Origin: Eledone cirrhosa
Lineage: Eukaryota
Length of the DNA: 64,000 nt
NCBI GenBank assembly: GCA_964016885.1
Contig: OZ024748.1
Span: 23,250,001 to 23,314,000, forward strand
Direction of reading: 5' to 3'
In this document: positions 1 to 12,804 of the stretch, in pieces
How the letters are laid out: each line of letters opens with the position of its first letter
Position numbering within the stretch: the first letter of the stretch is position 1
Position numbers and translations under genes: made by a program
The notes under the pieces: model-generated
What the model was told of the DNA's origin: nothing
Seen by the model: the letters and a program-made list of their open reading frames with translations, nothing else
The model's database searches: none

Positions 1-1399
1 TGGATTCTATTGTAGCCTGGATTGTGTTACAGTTATGTTTTGTTATAACCTGCAAGTGTGTTGTACGATTATTTTATATATATTTTCCTGAACAGCTAAG
101 ATTGTTTCGTTGCTGTTGTTTTTTAAACATTCCTTCTTACGTTTGATAATTTTATCCTATTTTCTTGTAAGGAAATATTGGTTCTGGGAATCTATTATTT
201 TTGTTTTTGCTAGTTATATTAACTTGACTTCACGATTTTGCATGGGGATGTTTAAGCTGTCGATATTTTAAAAATAATCTCTAAGTGCTCGGTTCTAATC
301 CATATCTCCCTCAAACGTTTCTTTATAGTTATTTTGACATAGCAGCACACCATGTGTTTCTCCACCACCAATTAATTCTCACTGCAGACCTTGTTGCATT
401 GTTTATTTTTCAATTTCATAATTTTGGGGGGAAGAAGTGAGACTGGAATTGTATTGTAATCATGGATAAATTAAAAAGCTTATATTGATTTGATTAATCA
501 TATCTAATCATCGATATTTGTCCAGTAATTTATAATGTGATTATTTCTCTCTCTCATATCTTGAGGAATATATTTAATCCATCATATGGTTTAACAACTT
601 TACCGAGCCCCTAAGGGCCTTTAGCAAAGTGTTGCAAGCATTCGGGTCAAGACATGGGTTCTGTCCGTCTTGATTAACAAATAGAAAACCTTACAATTGG
701 CGTTGACTTGATCTCCCAACATTCTCTAAGCGTTCGGATCGAGCATTTTGTAGCAGTCTAGCAGTTTCGGTGCTGGTGATTATTGGTATATTGATGCTTA
801 CCGTCGACCTCACCCTAAGATGGTATACTTGAAAATACTACTTTCATCAAGGCATAGATTATAGAAAACTTTGCCAGTAGATCTTCGGAATTCATCATAC
901 TCCTCAAATGTATTATGTTTATAACATCTTGCCTTTTCTAGGATTCTCGGATGTTGTTTTCGAACTTACTAAAGCTTATTTGTAGAAACGGAAGCAAGTG
1001 TTTTCCTGAGACACCGCCAGGTATAGCTTAACATGCATATATAACGTTTAAAAAATATCGTCACTGCTATATCTTACTGTTTTCTAAATATTGAGGCTAC
1101 CAAGGAGATTTTATAACAAGTCTCAGATCAGGCTTACAAAATAAAAACAGACTCAAAAGAAAAAAATCAACAGATTCTAAGAACATCAACTTTAAATAGA
1201 AATATAATTGTATTTTACTTTTAGATCACAATAATTACTCTTCCTACATTTTTCAATTCCTTTTGAAACTGTAAAGGGTTTCTTTTTTCTTTTTTTTTCT
1301 TTTTAAAGTTCTTCCCAAGTAGCTTTTGCTTACAGATCCTTGTTTCAAATCTTTAATTCCTTACCAGTCTTCCACATCATGTATTGTATATAATTTGTC

Positions 1400-2000
1400 G
1401 TAATATAGACTGTTTTGCAAATAATCTAACTTTTGAGGTTTCTGTTTTTAAAGGATTAGTGCTGCATGTTTTGACACAGTTACTTGGCGAAAATATTCTT
1501 TCAACGGATGTTGACGAATGTGGCATGATAGTTAAATTAGTTATAAAAAATATAATAAAAAGTCATATTTTGAATAATGACATCCATTTTTTGTCATTTA
1601 ATTGGTATCAGTATTCAAAACTATTTGCTGTAGAGTTTGGTAAATTGTTCTGCAGTAAAAGGAAATCTCCTTCGGTGATAATCAAATTTATTGTCTACTT
1701 TTTGACCCAATCTTTGAGATATGAACAGCTAGCAAATAGACGCAGGAAATATGCTGAGATCATGCACTACCTTTGAGTCTAACATTTTTAATTTAGCAAT
1801 ATCTCCATCTTCACTCAAAGGAAACCTCTTATTTGAATACATAGTTCCACTAGGAATTTCCAATAATCAATTTTAAATCTTCTGCCACTGATTTTATCTT
1901 CAAAAGGTTCATTAATTAAATTTGCTGTTTACCTTTCTTCCAAGATAAACACGATTAATGGTTTTGTAGTGACTTTCATTGCTTGGATTAATTTCGGATA
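1400..2000 (-). pseudogene. Decayed hAT-superfamily transposase remnant (C-terminal dimerisation region)
   Basis: The minus strand near 1420-1550 translates to TNLTIMPHSSTSVERIFSPSNCVKT, matching the hAT C-terminal P(H)SS..ERIFS...KT motif. There is no long ORF and the boundaries are approximate. Confidence 0.6.
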
Positions 2001-2430
2001 ATTTAATGTTCTTCAATAATTCCTCTTTAATAAAGAAACTCAAGATGTTTTTCTAATCTAATCAAATGATTAAATATAGAAGATGCGACCTAAAATTCTC
2101 AGATTGGAATTAAACACTCTGTGAATTCTATTCTGCAGCACATACTGAATGAAAAATAGCATGTGCTTGATTCCAAGATTACTTATAAATGTTATAAATT
2201 CTGATGCCATTAATTTCGATTCACTTTAGCAATAAATAAATAAATAGTTATACAAAACATTAAATTGTTCGAATGTTACCGTAATAACTGTTTCTTGAGA
2301 AAACCACGTTATGTAAGTTTAGGTATTTTATGGCATGTTGTCAGCACCACTCTTTAAATAACTACGACGTTCTCTTAGTCTCTTGCTGCTACGAGAAAAG
2401 TCAATTTTAAAAAATATTTTTAAAATGCTT

Positions 2431-2599
2431 ATAATAATGGTTTCTTATATAGGCACAAAGCCAGCAATTTTTTTGGGGGAAGGGGGGGGGTCAATTAAAT
2501 CGACCCCAGTAAGCACCAGTCCCGCACTGGGGTCGATTTAATCGACTTTCCCCTCCCCCAAAAATTGCTGCCTTGTGCTTATATAAGAAACCATTATTA
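2431..2599. mobile_element. Two inverted copies of the 3' part of the abundant SINE family, forming an imperfect hairpin
   Basis: ataataatggtttcttatataggcaca...aaatcgaccccagt is the imperfect reverse complement of actggggtcgattt...gtgcttatataagaaaccattatta. The same tail occurs in the SINE at 38090-38165. Confidence 0.7.
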
Positions 2600-2711
2600 G
2601 AGGCCTTTAAAGGCGGTGGATTGGTAGTATCAGTAGAAGGCCTCTAATAATGAGGACAATTCACTGGACACATGACTAAAACAAAGAACTAACGAATGGT
2701 AAACGCCTTCC

Positions 2712-2850
2712 ATAATGATTTCTAATTTAGGCACAAGGTCAGCAATTTTTTGGAACGGGAAAGTCAATTATATCGACCCAAGTAGTTGACTGGTACAGTA
2801 GGCTCTGAACTCAGAATCTAAACAGCAGGAACAAATACCACAAAGCATTT
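2712..2850 (-). mobile_element. SINE copy (abundant family), degenerate
   Basis: Reverse complement of the gtcgat...aattgctg..cttgtgcctaaattagaaatcatta tail seen in other copies. Confidence 0.55.
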
Positions 2851-3084
2851 TATCCAACGCTTTACTGATTTTGTTAACCTTCCACTCTAACGCATCTCAT
2901 AATTTTCCAATAGGTTCTGGAAGTCACTTCCGGTGTCTATAACAGAAGAACGATTATCGTTTGCGAATCTAAATATATTTTCTAAAGAAATATTTCTTTC
3001 TAGCAACATATTCTTGACAACATTGTAAAGAGCAAGTGTTGCTCGGGTTTTAATCACTTTGTCGTTAATAAAAAACCGAAATCA

Positions 3085-3199
3085 TTATTGTTGTTGTTTG
3101 TTGTTGTTGTTGTTGATATTATTATTATTGTTATTATCACCATCATTTATGATTAGGGCAACATAATATTAATAATAATAACAATGATAACAATGATAA

Positions 3200-3241
<42 letters not shown>

Positions 3242-3244
3242 TAT

Positions 3245-3303
<59 letters not shown>

Positions 3304-3371
3304 TTATTGCTGCTGCTGCTGCTGCTGTTGCTACTACTACTACTAGTGCTACTACTACTAGTACTACTACA

Positions 3372-3437
<66 letters not shown>

Positions 3438-3520
3438 GCTGCTTCTGCTGATTCTGCTGCTGTTACTACTACTACTACTACTACTACTGATAATGATAAT
3501 AATAACAACAACAACAACAA
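3085..3520. repeat. Compound trinucleotide microsatellite (TTG/ATT/CTA/GCT/CAA)
   Basis: Direct inspection. It explains the poly-L and poly-V ORFs. Confidence 0.95.
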
Positions 3521-4050
3521 GGATAAGGATTTCATCAACCTTATTGTTTAAAGAAATACACAGTTTTTCTTCTTCTTAAAAAAAATCGGTTAATTTAAGA
3601 AAGCGTGCACAAAAACCCGTTCAAGGTTACCAAAGGTTGTGTGAGAATATTGTAACAACACTTACAGTCTCTGATATTACTAGTTTCTCAAACGTACCGA
3701 TGTCTATCTCTATATATAATCTGCCAATATCTCTTTACAGGAATGGTTGCATGTATCATTCTAGCTTTACCAATTATAAAAAACGATCAGAGACACATTC
3801 CGTGACTGTCATAATATATCTAATTCTATGGCGGCGTACATCCTCAGTTTTCAGCTCGTCTCTACACAACATTATAGTCATTTAACCCATGCCATGTTCA
3901 TAATTAGAACTCCATTGTCATTTTCCTCATGTCAAACTTATGTGTTATGTGCTGGCCTGACTTTATGCTAAAGTTCCTTAATAGTTTCGTATCATCAATC
4001 TCTGACACAGAGATTGATATGACTACCACAGTTTTATATATACATATATG

Positions 4051-4262
<212 letters not shown>

Positions 4263-4353
4263 GTAATAATAATAAATTTGAAGACTAAAATCCAAAGAGG
4301 GCTCGATAAGGATAAATGTATATAAAATATATAAGAACCGTAGAACAAATATT

Positions 4354-4792
4354 TATTAAAATAACAGATTAATGTTTAAGCAAAGAATCGCTGCTTTCAC
4401 CCTTAACGGGATCTTCTGAAACTAAAAAAATCAATCTGTGAACGCAGAAGTAAATATTTCAAAAAACGTTGCAACCGAAGGAAGACTGGAAGACGATACT
4501 TTGGTTTGTGGAAACGTTCCCTGGCAAAGAACAGATAAAGACGAAGATAATACGTCATAATTTGGAGCGGTGAAAACAATTACACGCAAAGACAAAACCA
4601 CGTTTATGGTATAAATGAAGTCGTAGACTAATATTCTATTAGGTGGTTCGTGGAGACGTTCTCTGGCAATGAACGGAAAAAAACGAAGATAATAAGTCAT
4701 TATTATGTGGAGCGGTGAGAACAATTACACGCAAAGACAAAACCACGTTAAGGGTGTAAGCAGCGATTCTTTGCTTAAACTTTAATCTGTTA

Positions 4793-4800
<8 letters not shown>
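4354..4800. mobile_element. Element with ~55-bp terminal inverted repeats and an internal ~95-bp direct repeat, between (CA)n and (TA)n tracts
   Basis: 4354-4408 is the reverse complement of 4746-4800 with 2 mismatches. The internal repeat ...ggagcggtga(a/g)aacaattacacgcaaagacaaaaccacgtt occurs at ~4511-4605 and ~4652-4750. Confidence 0.6.
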
Positions 4801-4856
<56 letters not shown>

Positions 4857-4857
<1 letters not shown>

Positions 4858-5010
4858 CGTATTTCCCGGCATCGAAGACGCTACTTTTTGCCTAAAATAA
4901 GTCTCAAAAATCTACCAGGCTGAAGGTTGTTTATTTTTTTTCAAATTTTTGGTTGTCAAAATTAGAGTGCGTCCTCGAGGACGAAGCGTCTTCGGCGCCA
5001 GGAAATACCG
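4857..5010. mobile_element. Tc1/mariner-type (Tc2/pogo-like) MITE
   Basis: Imperfect TIRs ccgtatttcccggcatcgaagacgc / gcgtcttcggcgccaggaaataccg, flanked by TA on both sides. Confidence 0.65.
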
Positions 5011-5020
5011 TATATGACAT

Positions 5021-5137
5021 GGAAGCGCGTGGCCTAGTGGTAAGAGTGTTGGACTTATGACCCTAACGTTGTGGGTTCAATTCCTGGACTGGGTTGTGTG
5101 TTGTGTTCTTTAGCAAAACACTTCATTTTATGTTGCT
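5021..5137 (+). mobile_element. tRNA-derived SINE head, 3'-truncated
   Basis: A-box-like tggcctagtggtaag and B-box-like ggttcaattcc, followed by a gtgttgtgttctttagcaaaacactt body. A related copy lies on the minus strand at ~50120-50230. Confidence 0.7.
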
Positions 5138-5172
5138 GGGAAGGATACGTACTTCAGATGGAAAAAGTTCTT

Positions 5173-5300
5173 ATTTCTTATAGCCATTTCATGATTCGAG
5201 GAAGACCATAGCTTAAAACCGATCTAAACAATCGAATATCAATACCCAACTATCGATTTTGGTTATGTTATAGGAGACGCGAATCAATCATCAGAGGAAT
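5173..5300 (-). ncRNA. Type I hammerhead ribozyme motif with long stem II insertion
   Basis: Minus strand: auuccu CUGAUGA u-ugauucg...(97-nt domain)...cgaauca-u GAAA uggcua UA agaaau. Stem I has one mismatch and the stem II base is 7 bp. Confidence 0.7.
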
Positions 5301-5795
5301 TTCGTCTTTTATAGAAATCAATTAAATATAGTTGCAATACATGATATAGTAGAAAATACCTGTCTATATCTGTTAGGATTCGCGAACTATCCCAACGCGA
5401 ATGTAGCGTGTTGTAATAACTTTTAACTATCTGATGCCATCCGGTCAAGTATGGGTCAAACCAAAAGTCTAACAAAGGTTTATGGAATTTTATTACACTT
5501 AAACAAAGTAAAAGTCACACATTTTGTGACCTCCTCAGTGACTACTTTTGTTGTTACTTTGTATCTCTCCTTTGTTTTGACTTGCACCATTATGGTGTGA
5601 AACAGAACAGATACAAAATAACGATATTACTAATTAGCCTATTTTTATCATATATATATATATATATACAAATTAATATAAGGATAATATAAAGAAATTA
5701 TACATACGCCTTCTCTGTACATATATATATATACAAAGCGTATAAGATACCCATGCACAGATAAGTATAATCGTGGTGGTCTCTGTACAAGCACA

Positions 5796-5867
<72 letters not shown>

Positions 5868-6014
5868 GTGCAAATTTATACGGGAACAACACAGAGAGGC
5901 AGACAATGATAAAATGTAAAAACAACCAGACATGTATAAGTAGTGGATACAGATATCTATACCATTATCAGTGTATACACAAGTAGACAATATTATATAC
6001 CATCGACTAGTGCT

Positions 6015-6060
<46 letters not shown>

Positions 6061-6062
<2 letters not shown>

Positions 6063-6262
6063 GTAGGTCCCGGGTTGAGTTGGGGATAACCACAGTAAGT
6101 AAGGTACTCAATACATGGCAGAGTAAAATATATTTATTGTATAGAAGGAGCTTCTACAGGACTAGTACTGTTTCATTCAGATGAAATCTTCAGCTTCCTG
6201 AAGATTTCATCTGAATGAAACAGTACTAGTCCTGTAGAAGCTCCTTCTATACAATAAATATA
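6061..6262. mobile_element. HHR fold-back element, family A (65-bp perfect arms 6129-6193 / 6198-6262) inside (TA)n
   Basis: Perfect inverted arms with a 4-nt spacer (cttc). The tail gtattgagtaccttacttactgtggtta is shared with 24449-24627 and 34849-35040. Confidence 0.85.
6192..6242 (+). ncRNA. Type I hammerhead ribozyme (family A)
   Basis: agcuuc CUGAAGA u-uuc-aucu-gaa-u GAAA cag-uacuaguc-cug UA gaagcu. Stem I is 6 bp. Predicted GUA cleavage after 6236. Confidence 0.85.
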
Positions 6263-6365
6263 TATATATATATATATATAGTTCAAAATGACAAACAAAC
6301 AAACGCAGCAGTCAATGCTACATAGTGTTATATATATATGTCTATGTGTGTGTGTGTGTGTATGT

Positions 6366-6430
<65 letters not shown>

Positions 6431-6434
6431 CGTG

Positions 6435-6512
<78 letters not shown>

Positions 6513-6541
6513 CGCGCGCGGTGTATGTGTGTATATATATA

Positions 6542-6586
6542 AACGGTGCTGATGATAGCTAACAAGTTTGAAACTAGTACATCGTT
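6542..6586 (+). ncRNA. Minimal type I hammerhead ribozyme (family B)
   Basis: aacggug CUGAUGA u-agcu-aaca-aguu-u GAAA cuag UA caucguu. Stem I is 7 bp and stem III is palindromic (ACUAGU). A second copy lies at 55886-55928. Confidence 0.8.
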
Positions 6587-6752
6587 CCTGTGTCAGTGTT
6601 GAACAAAAAGGTGATGTGGTTGCCTTAACACCGTATGGCATAAATTCAGGCTGTTCAGTTTTGTTTACAAACGAACAAAGCGGCGTTATAATAAGCGTCC
6701 GCTAAACTGATGCGTGCATATATGTATGTGTACCTGTATGTATATATGTATA

Positions 6753-6846
<94 letters not shown>

Positions 6847-6961
6847 TGCTACTGTACGTCTGTATACATATATGTATGTACGTATACATACATACTTACA
6901 TTTAAGTAAGTGCCATACTAAGAGTGAGAAATGAAATTTCGTTTTCATTTTTTTTTTTCAA

Positions 6962-7010
<49 letters not shown>

Positions 7011-7012
<2 letters not shown>

Positions 7013-7188
7013 CGAAGGAAATGTGGTAAGGAACCAGGTGGACCATAACGCACCAAAGTACTCAATACTTAGGGTAGTAGAGTGGGTAATAGGAACCGGT
7101 AAGACCCCGACGGCTGAGCTCAAGCCGTTTCGACGGCGAATTAGCCGTCGAAACGGCTTGAGCTCAGCCGTCGGGGTCTTACTGGTTC
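7011..7188. mobile_element. Fold-back element family C carrying the 3' half of an HHR
   Basis: Palindrome centred on gacggc-gaatta-gccgtc, followed by GAAA cggc-uugagcuca-gccg UC gggg. CUGANGA is absent. Other copies lie at ~10060-10178 and ~33005-33192. Confidence 0.7.
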
Positions 7189-7344
7189 ATATATATATAT
7201 ATATATATATAATATGTATATGGTATATGAATACATACATACGTATATATATTTATATATATATATATATATATATTGAGCACTAGTCGATATATGTATA
7301 TATGGTCGATAAGTGTATATGTATATATATATATGTATATATAA

Positions 7345-7475
<131 letters not shown>

Positions 7476-7512
7476 TATATATATATATATATATATATAT
7501 GAATACATACAT

Positions 7513-7550
<38 letters not shown>

Positions 7551-7989
7551 ACACATACATACATACATACGTATGTATGTATGTATGTATGTATGTATGT
7601 ATGTATGTATGTATGTATGTATGTATGTATGTATATGTGTTTATGTCTACACCTAGACACACACATACGCACGCATATGTTTTGCCCACCTCATATTGCA
7701 TGCAGCTCACTAACAGCGCCCCCACAACTACCACCACACTTTACTCAACTGATATACATACAATCAACCATACGCCCCCCCCCCCCACACACACACACAC
7801 AGCACACACACACACACCGCCACCGCCGCCACCACCTCACCCATCACACACATACCATAACCCCTTACACAAGTATTTTCACACCAATGAAGATATACTG
7901 CACTCAATGACACACACCAACTGACCGATGGTGATGGACGTTATCATCGCAGACAAAACAGAACACATTTTTTTCTACTACCACGCCCT

Positions 7990-8122
7990 CTGGTAGTGGT
8001 TTGGTGTGGGTGTTTGTTTATGGCTGGTGTTAATGGTGGTGGTGTTGTGGTTGGGTTGTAGTAGTAGTAGTAGTAGTAGTAGCAGTAGTAGTGGTAGTCG
8101 GGCTGATGTTGAAGGTTGGCTT

Positions 8123-8171
<49 letters not shown>

Positions 8172-8210
8172 CAGTAGTAGTGGTAGTCGGGCTGGTGTTG
8201 AGGTTGGCTT

Positions 8211-8247
<37 letters not shown>

Positions 8248-8274
8248 AAGTCGGGCTGGTGTTGAGGTTGACTT

Positions 8275-8317
<43 letters not shown>

Positions 8318-8530
8318 CAGCACCAGCAGTAGTAGTAGTGGTGTGGCGTTGAGGTAGTAGTGGTGCTAGTGGTGGTAGTGTGGTAGGAGTGGTAGTGGTG
8401 GTGCTAGTACAGGAGGTTTTAAGGTTGGAGTTTGGTAGTAGTGGTGCTAGTATAGTGTTGTAGTAGTGGTGGCGGTGTAGTGTTGTGGCAGAGGTGCCAG
8501 TGGAGGAGGTTTTAAGGTTGGGGGTGTGGT
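7990..8530. repeat. (GTA)n/(GTG)n low-complexity region with a short repeated spacer
   Basis: Direct inspection. gtcgggctg(a/g)tgttga..gttg.cttgtagtag occurs three times. Confidence 0.85.
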
Positions 8531-8615
8531 AGTTTTAATAATGCTGGAATAATGATAGTCTTCTACTGTTAAAGAATTTCAACTATAAAGTTTCTAAAAC
8601 GGCATATCTATCTAA

Positions 8616-8975
<360 letters not shown>

Positions 8976-8978
8976 ACA

Positions 8979-9023
<45 letters not shown>

Positions 9024-9098
9024 AAACTGGAACGGGAGAGGCAGTACAAACAAAGGTTTATTATTTTCACGCTCTTGTGAGTGTGTGTGTGTGGGGGA

Positions 9099-9126
9099 GA
9101 CGTTTCGGGCATAAGCCCTTCTTCAG
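9099..9126 (-). ncRNA. Minimal HHR core, stem I lost
   Basis: Minus strand: CUGAAGA a-gggc-uuau-gccc GAAA cg UC. The flanks do not form stem I. Confidence 0.55.
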
Positions 9127-9236
9127 GAGAAAAGTGGGTGGGAAGAGAGTTCCGAGGGTGTGTGGGGGAGTGGTGGTGAGACAATTAGAAAAGGGGTGGG
9201 GGGAACGGTGGAAGGGGTACAAATAAAAAAAAATAA

Positions 9237-9282
<46 letters not shown>

Positions 9283-9475
9283 CTATCTATCTAAGAGAGA
9301 GAAAAGGGAGAGAAAGCGAGTTCTGCCGCTATGGATATGTACACATCTCTCTATCTTAGACATTGTTAAGGAACAATCTAAGACGAATATTGGTTATATT
9401 GAAATCTAGGCCATCAATGCATACATATACACACATACATATGTAATATACACATATATCACTCTCTCACTCTCG

Positions 9476-9563
<88 letters not shown>

Positions 9564-9679
9564 GTAAACAATTGAATGGGAACAAAACAGAGAGGCAGTA
9601 CGAACAAAGGTTTATTAGTTTCACGCTCTTGAGAGTGAGGTGGTGGTATATGTGATTATTACTTTATATATATTATGAT

Positions 9680-9800
9680 CTGAGTTCAAATCCCACCGAG
9701 ATTAACTTTGCCTTTCATCCTTACGGGGTCGATAAAATAAAGTACCAGTAATACACTGTGGTAATTGCTGGCCTTGTGCCAAAAGTAGAAACAATTATTA
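9680..9800 (+). mobile_element. SINE copy (abundant family)
   Basis: gagttcaaatcccaccgag..aactttgcctttcatccttacggggtcgataaaataaagtaccagt, repeated at 17617, 38025 and 50570. Confidence 0.8.
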
Positions 9801-9885
9801 CTATATATATATATATATATATGCAAGGGCGGTGCCCCAGCATGGCCTCAGCCGGATGGCTGAAACAGGTTAAAGAGTATGTCTG

Positions 9886-9928
<43 letters not shown>

Positions 9929-10497
9929 GCATACATATGAATATGTATATATACATGCATATATATATTCATATATATAGTTATATATACATATATATAG
10001 TTATATACACAATATATATATATATAGTACATGTCTGTATATTTTGCCAATTTTTATGACCGGAGCTCAGCCGTGGGGGGTTCTAACCTCTTTTCCTACT
10101 ACCCACTCTACTACCCTAAGTATTGAGTACTCTGGTGCGTTATGTTCCACCTCGTATCTTACCACACCTTCTTTGTTTATACATGTATACATATAAATAT
10201 ATATATATACACACACGCATAAATATATGTATATACTGTGTGTATGAGTGTGTGTGTGTATGAGTGTGTGTGTGTATGAGTGTGTGTGTGTATGTGTATG
10301 TGTGTGTGTGTGTGTTTAATGAACATTTTATTGCAGTTTGACTTGACGACCAGTTTTGAAGTTTACATTAGAAAGCTGCCAGATCAATTTCATTATCAGT
10401 GGTGACAGATTAATGATATATCTAGTTTTGCAGTAATAAATTTCACTACCTGCACAACATTATCACCAACGTTTGGTCTACAGTCACTCAGTCTCAG

Positions 10498-10559
<62 letters not shown>

Positions 10560-10616
10560 CGTTTCTGAATTTGTTGTTTAGCAAGATTCTTTATCTGAAA
10601 TCGTGTGTTGAAACCG

Positions 10617-10834
10617 ATATTGTTATACTTTGGGAGGGTCATGTTGCCAATAAGAAACACACGCACCAGTTGCTTTCACTTCAATCAACTATCTGGTTGT
10701 GGAACCAACCAACCAACCAGAAATTTATAGGTTTGTAAATTTGTAAATTTATAAATTTATAAATATATAATAAATTGAAGTGAAAGCAACTGGTGCGTGT
10801 GTTTCTTATTGGCAACATGACCCTCCCAAAGTAT

Positions 10835-10842
<8 letters not shown>
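10617..10842. repeat. 69-bp perfect inverted repeat with 88-bp spacer between (TA)n tracts
   Basis: 10617-10685 is the reverse complement of 10774-10842. A related tail copy lies at ~11328-11395. Confidence 0.85.
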
Positions 10843-10891
<49 letters not shown>

Positions 10892-10893
<2 letters not shown>

Positions 10894-11236
10894 GGTAAAT
10901 ATTGATGCAATTCAATTCAAGCACTCAACGTACTTATTCCACATAGGAGTGACGGAGTAAATATCGAATAAGGAAAAGCGAAGTAGTTTCAGATGTTCAA
11001 GTCCTTTAATAATAATGCTGTGATATATATTTCAATGGCGACACTGGCCACACTGTTCTGTGTGCGAGTGTCGTGACATCATCAGACAGCTTGTTACATA
11101 ATAAGGTTATGTTTCCGAGGCAATCCAAATTGAATCGACATGGGAACAGTGTGGCCAGTGTCGCCATTGAAATATATATCACAGCATTATTATTAAAGGA
11201 CTTGAACATCTGAAACTACTTCGCTTTTCCTTATTC
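10892..11236. mobile_element. HHR fold-back element (93-bp arms 10966-11058 / 11144-11236)
   Basis: Perfect inverted arms. The minus-strand tail contains ttgagtgc. Flanked by (TA)n. Confidence 0.8.
11017..11090 (-). ncRNA. Type I hammerhead ribozyme
   Basis: Minus strand: gcugu CUGAUGA ...cgacacu...agugucg... GAAA uauaua UC acagc. Stem I is 5 bp and stem III is palindromic. Confidence 0.75.
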
Positions 11237-11389
11237 TATATATATAATATTGTAATTGCTGGCCTTGTGCCTAAAGTAGAAACAATTATATTTGTGTGTG
11301 TATATATATATATATATTGTTATACTTGACCCTCCCCAAGTACAACAATATTTGTTTCGACACAGGATTTCATATCAAAAACCTCGCAA

Positions 11390-11467
<78 letters not shown>

Positions 11468-11710
11468 CACAGATACATGCGGACACATACATATACATGA
11501 ATATATCCACATCTATCCTTGAGTTAATGGTGCCAACCTCTTCTACGGCCTCGATATAAATACCCCCTCCGCCTCCGTGGTATTTTTTTCAGGGTTATAA
11601 GAGGCTTAGCTCTGTTTCTTGACCGCTGTATCACGTGATTGACTACCCCTCCGCCTTTCGGGATTCTATCTCGCATCTTACAGACGTGTTTTGAAACCCT
11701 TAATGAGGTA

Positions 11711-11801
11711 TCCTCTTGATAAGTCGGCAGACCTCACAAAAAATTCTATATCTCTGTGATATAGTGTTTTTGCATATGCCACGAAACTACGTAGTCGAGG
11801 A
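11711..11801 (+). ncRNA. Decayed hammerhead ribozyme
   Basis: uccuc UUGAUAA gu-c-ggca...ugcc-ac GAAA cuacguag UC gagga. All stems are intact but the CUGAUGA core carries two substitutions. Confidence 0.6.
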
Positions 11802-11871
11802 ATTTAGAAGCAGTTTAGGTATGATATATCTTATTACTAATTATATCTAATGCTTCTTCTCTCTTCATAAT

Positions 11872-11922
<51 letters not shown>

Positions 11923-11926
<4 letters not shown>

Positions 11927-12712
11927 ATGAGAAGAAGAAAACTGCGTGGTTTGCACATGGGTTACATATGATAAAAATAGTCCTTCGTCAATGATTTTCC
12001 AACCATCATTGGTATTTCATCGCATAAAAATTATATACCTCAGGTTGGTGCGAGCAATAACTAAAAAAAGTTATTGGGACCTGTAAATCGCGTAAAGCGA
12101 GGGGGACAAGTGAACAACATAGAAGGATAAAAGCAAACCAGAGAAAGGAAAAAAACAAGCAACATGGTTGTCCGGTCAGCATAAGCTGGGTGGATTTCAT
12201 GAGTGAAAGGTACAGACCGTCCAACGTGAGTGAGATGTAAGCAAGAAGAGACCCACTGTAAGCCAAACGGGAGGAAGTGAGAAGGGGAGAAACAGAGAGT
12301 GATTGAGTGGAAGTGCGAGGAAGCGGTCAGTCGAGAGAAAGTGTAACTGACAGAGGGGGCGAAAGAAGGTGAGAGAAACAGAGAGAACGGGGAAGCAGTA
12401 AGAGAGAAACAGACAAACGCAGCCGAGGTAAATATATATAAAAAAACATGAGAAGAAAGAAGAATACTGCGTGGTTGCACATGGGTTACATATGATGAAA
12501 ATAGTCCTTCGTCAGTGATTTTCCAACCATCATTGGTATTTCATCGCATAAAAATTATATACCTCGGGTTGGTGCGAGCAACAACTAAAAAAAGTTATTG
12601 GGACCAGTAAATCGCGTAAAGCGAGGGGGACAAGTGAACAACATAGAAGGATAGAAGCAAACCAAAGAAAGGAAAAAAACAAGCAACATGGTTGTCCTGG
12701 TCAGCATAAGCT

Positions 12713-12713
<1 letters not shown>
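11923..12713. repeat. ~265-bp direct repeat (11923-12188 and 12444-12713) bounded by (TA)n
   Basis: aaacatgag...cagcataagctgg occurs twice with few differences, separated by a purine-rich spacer. Confidence 0.85.
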
Positions 12714-12796
<83 letters not shown>

Positions 12797-12804
12797 ATAT
12801 ATAT

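Noticed and set aside
4486-4524. ctggaaga...gaaacgtt HHR-like string inside the 4354-4800 element
   Set aside because: The core has an insertion and no convincing stems I or II.
5021-5092. tRNA gene
   Set aside because: A and B boxes are present, but there is no clean cloverleaf and it runs into a SINE body.
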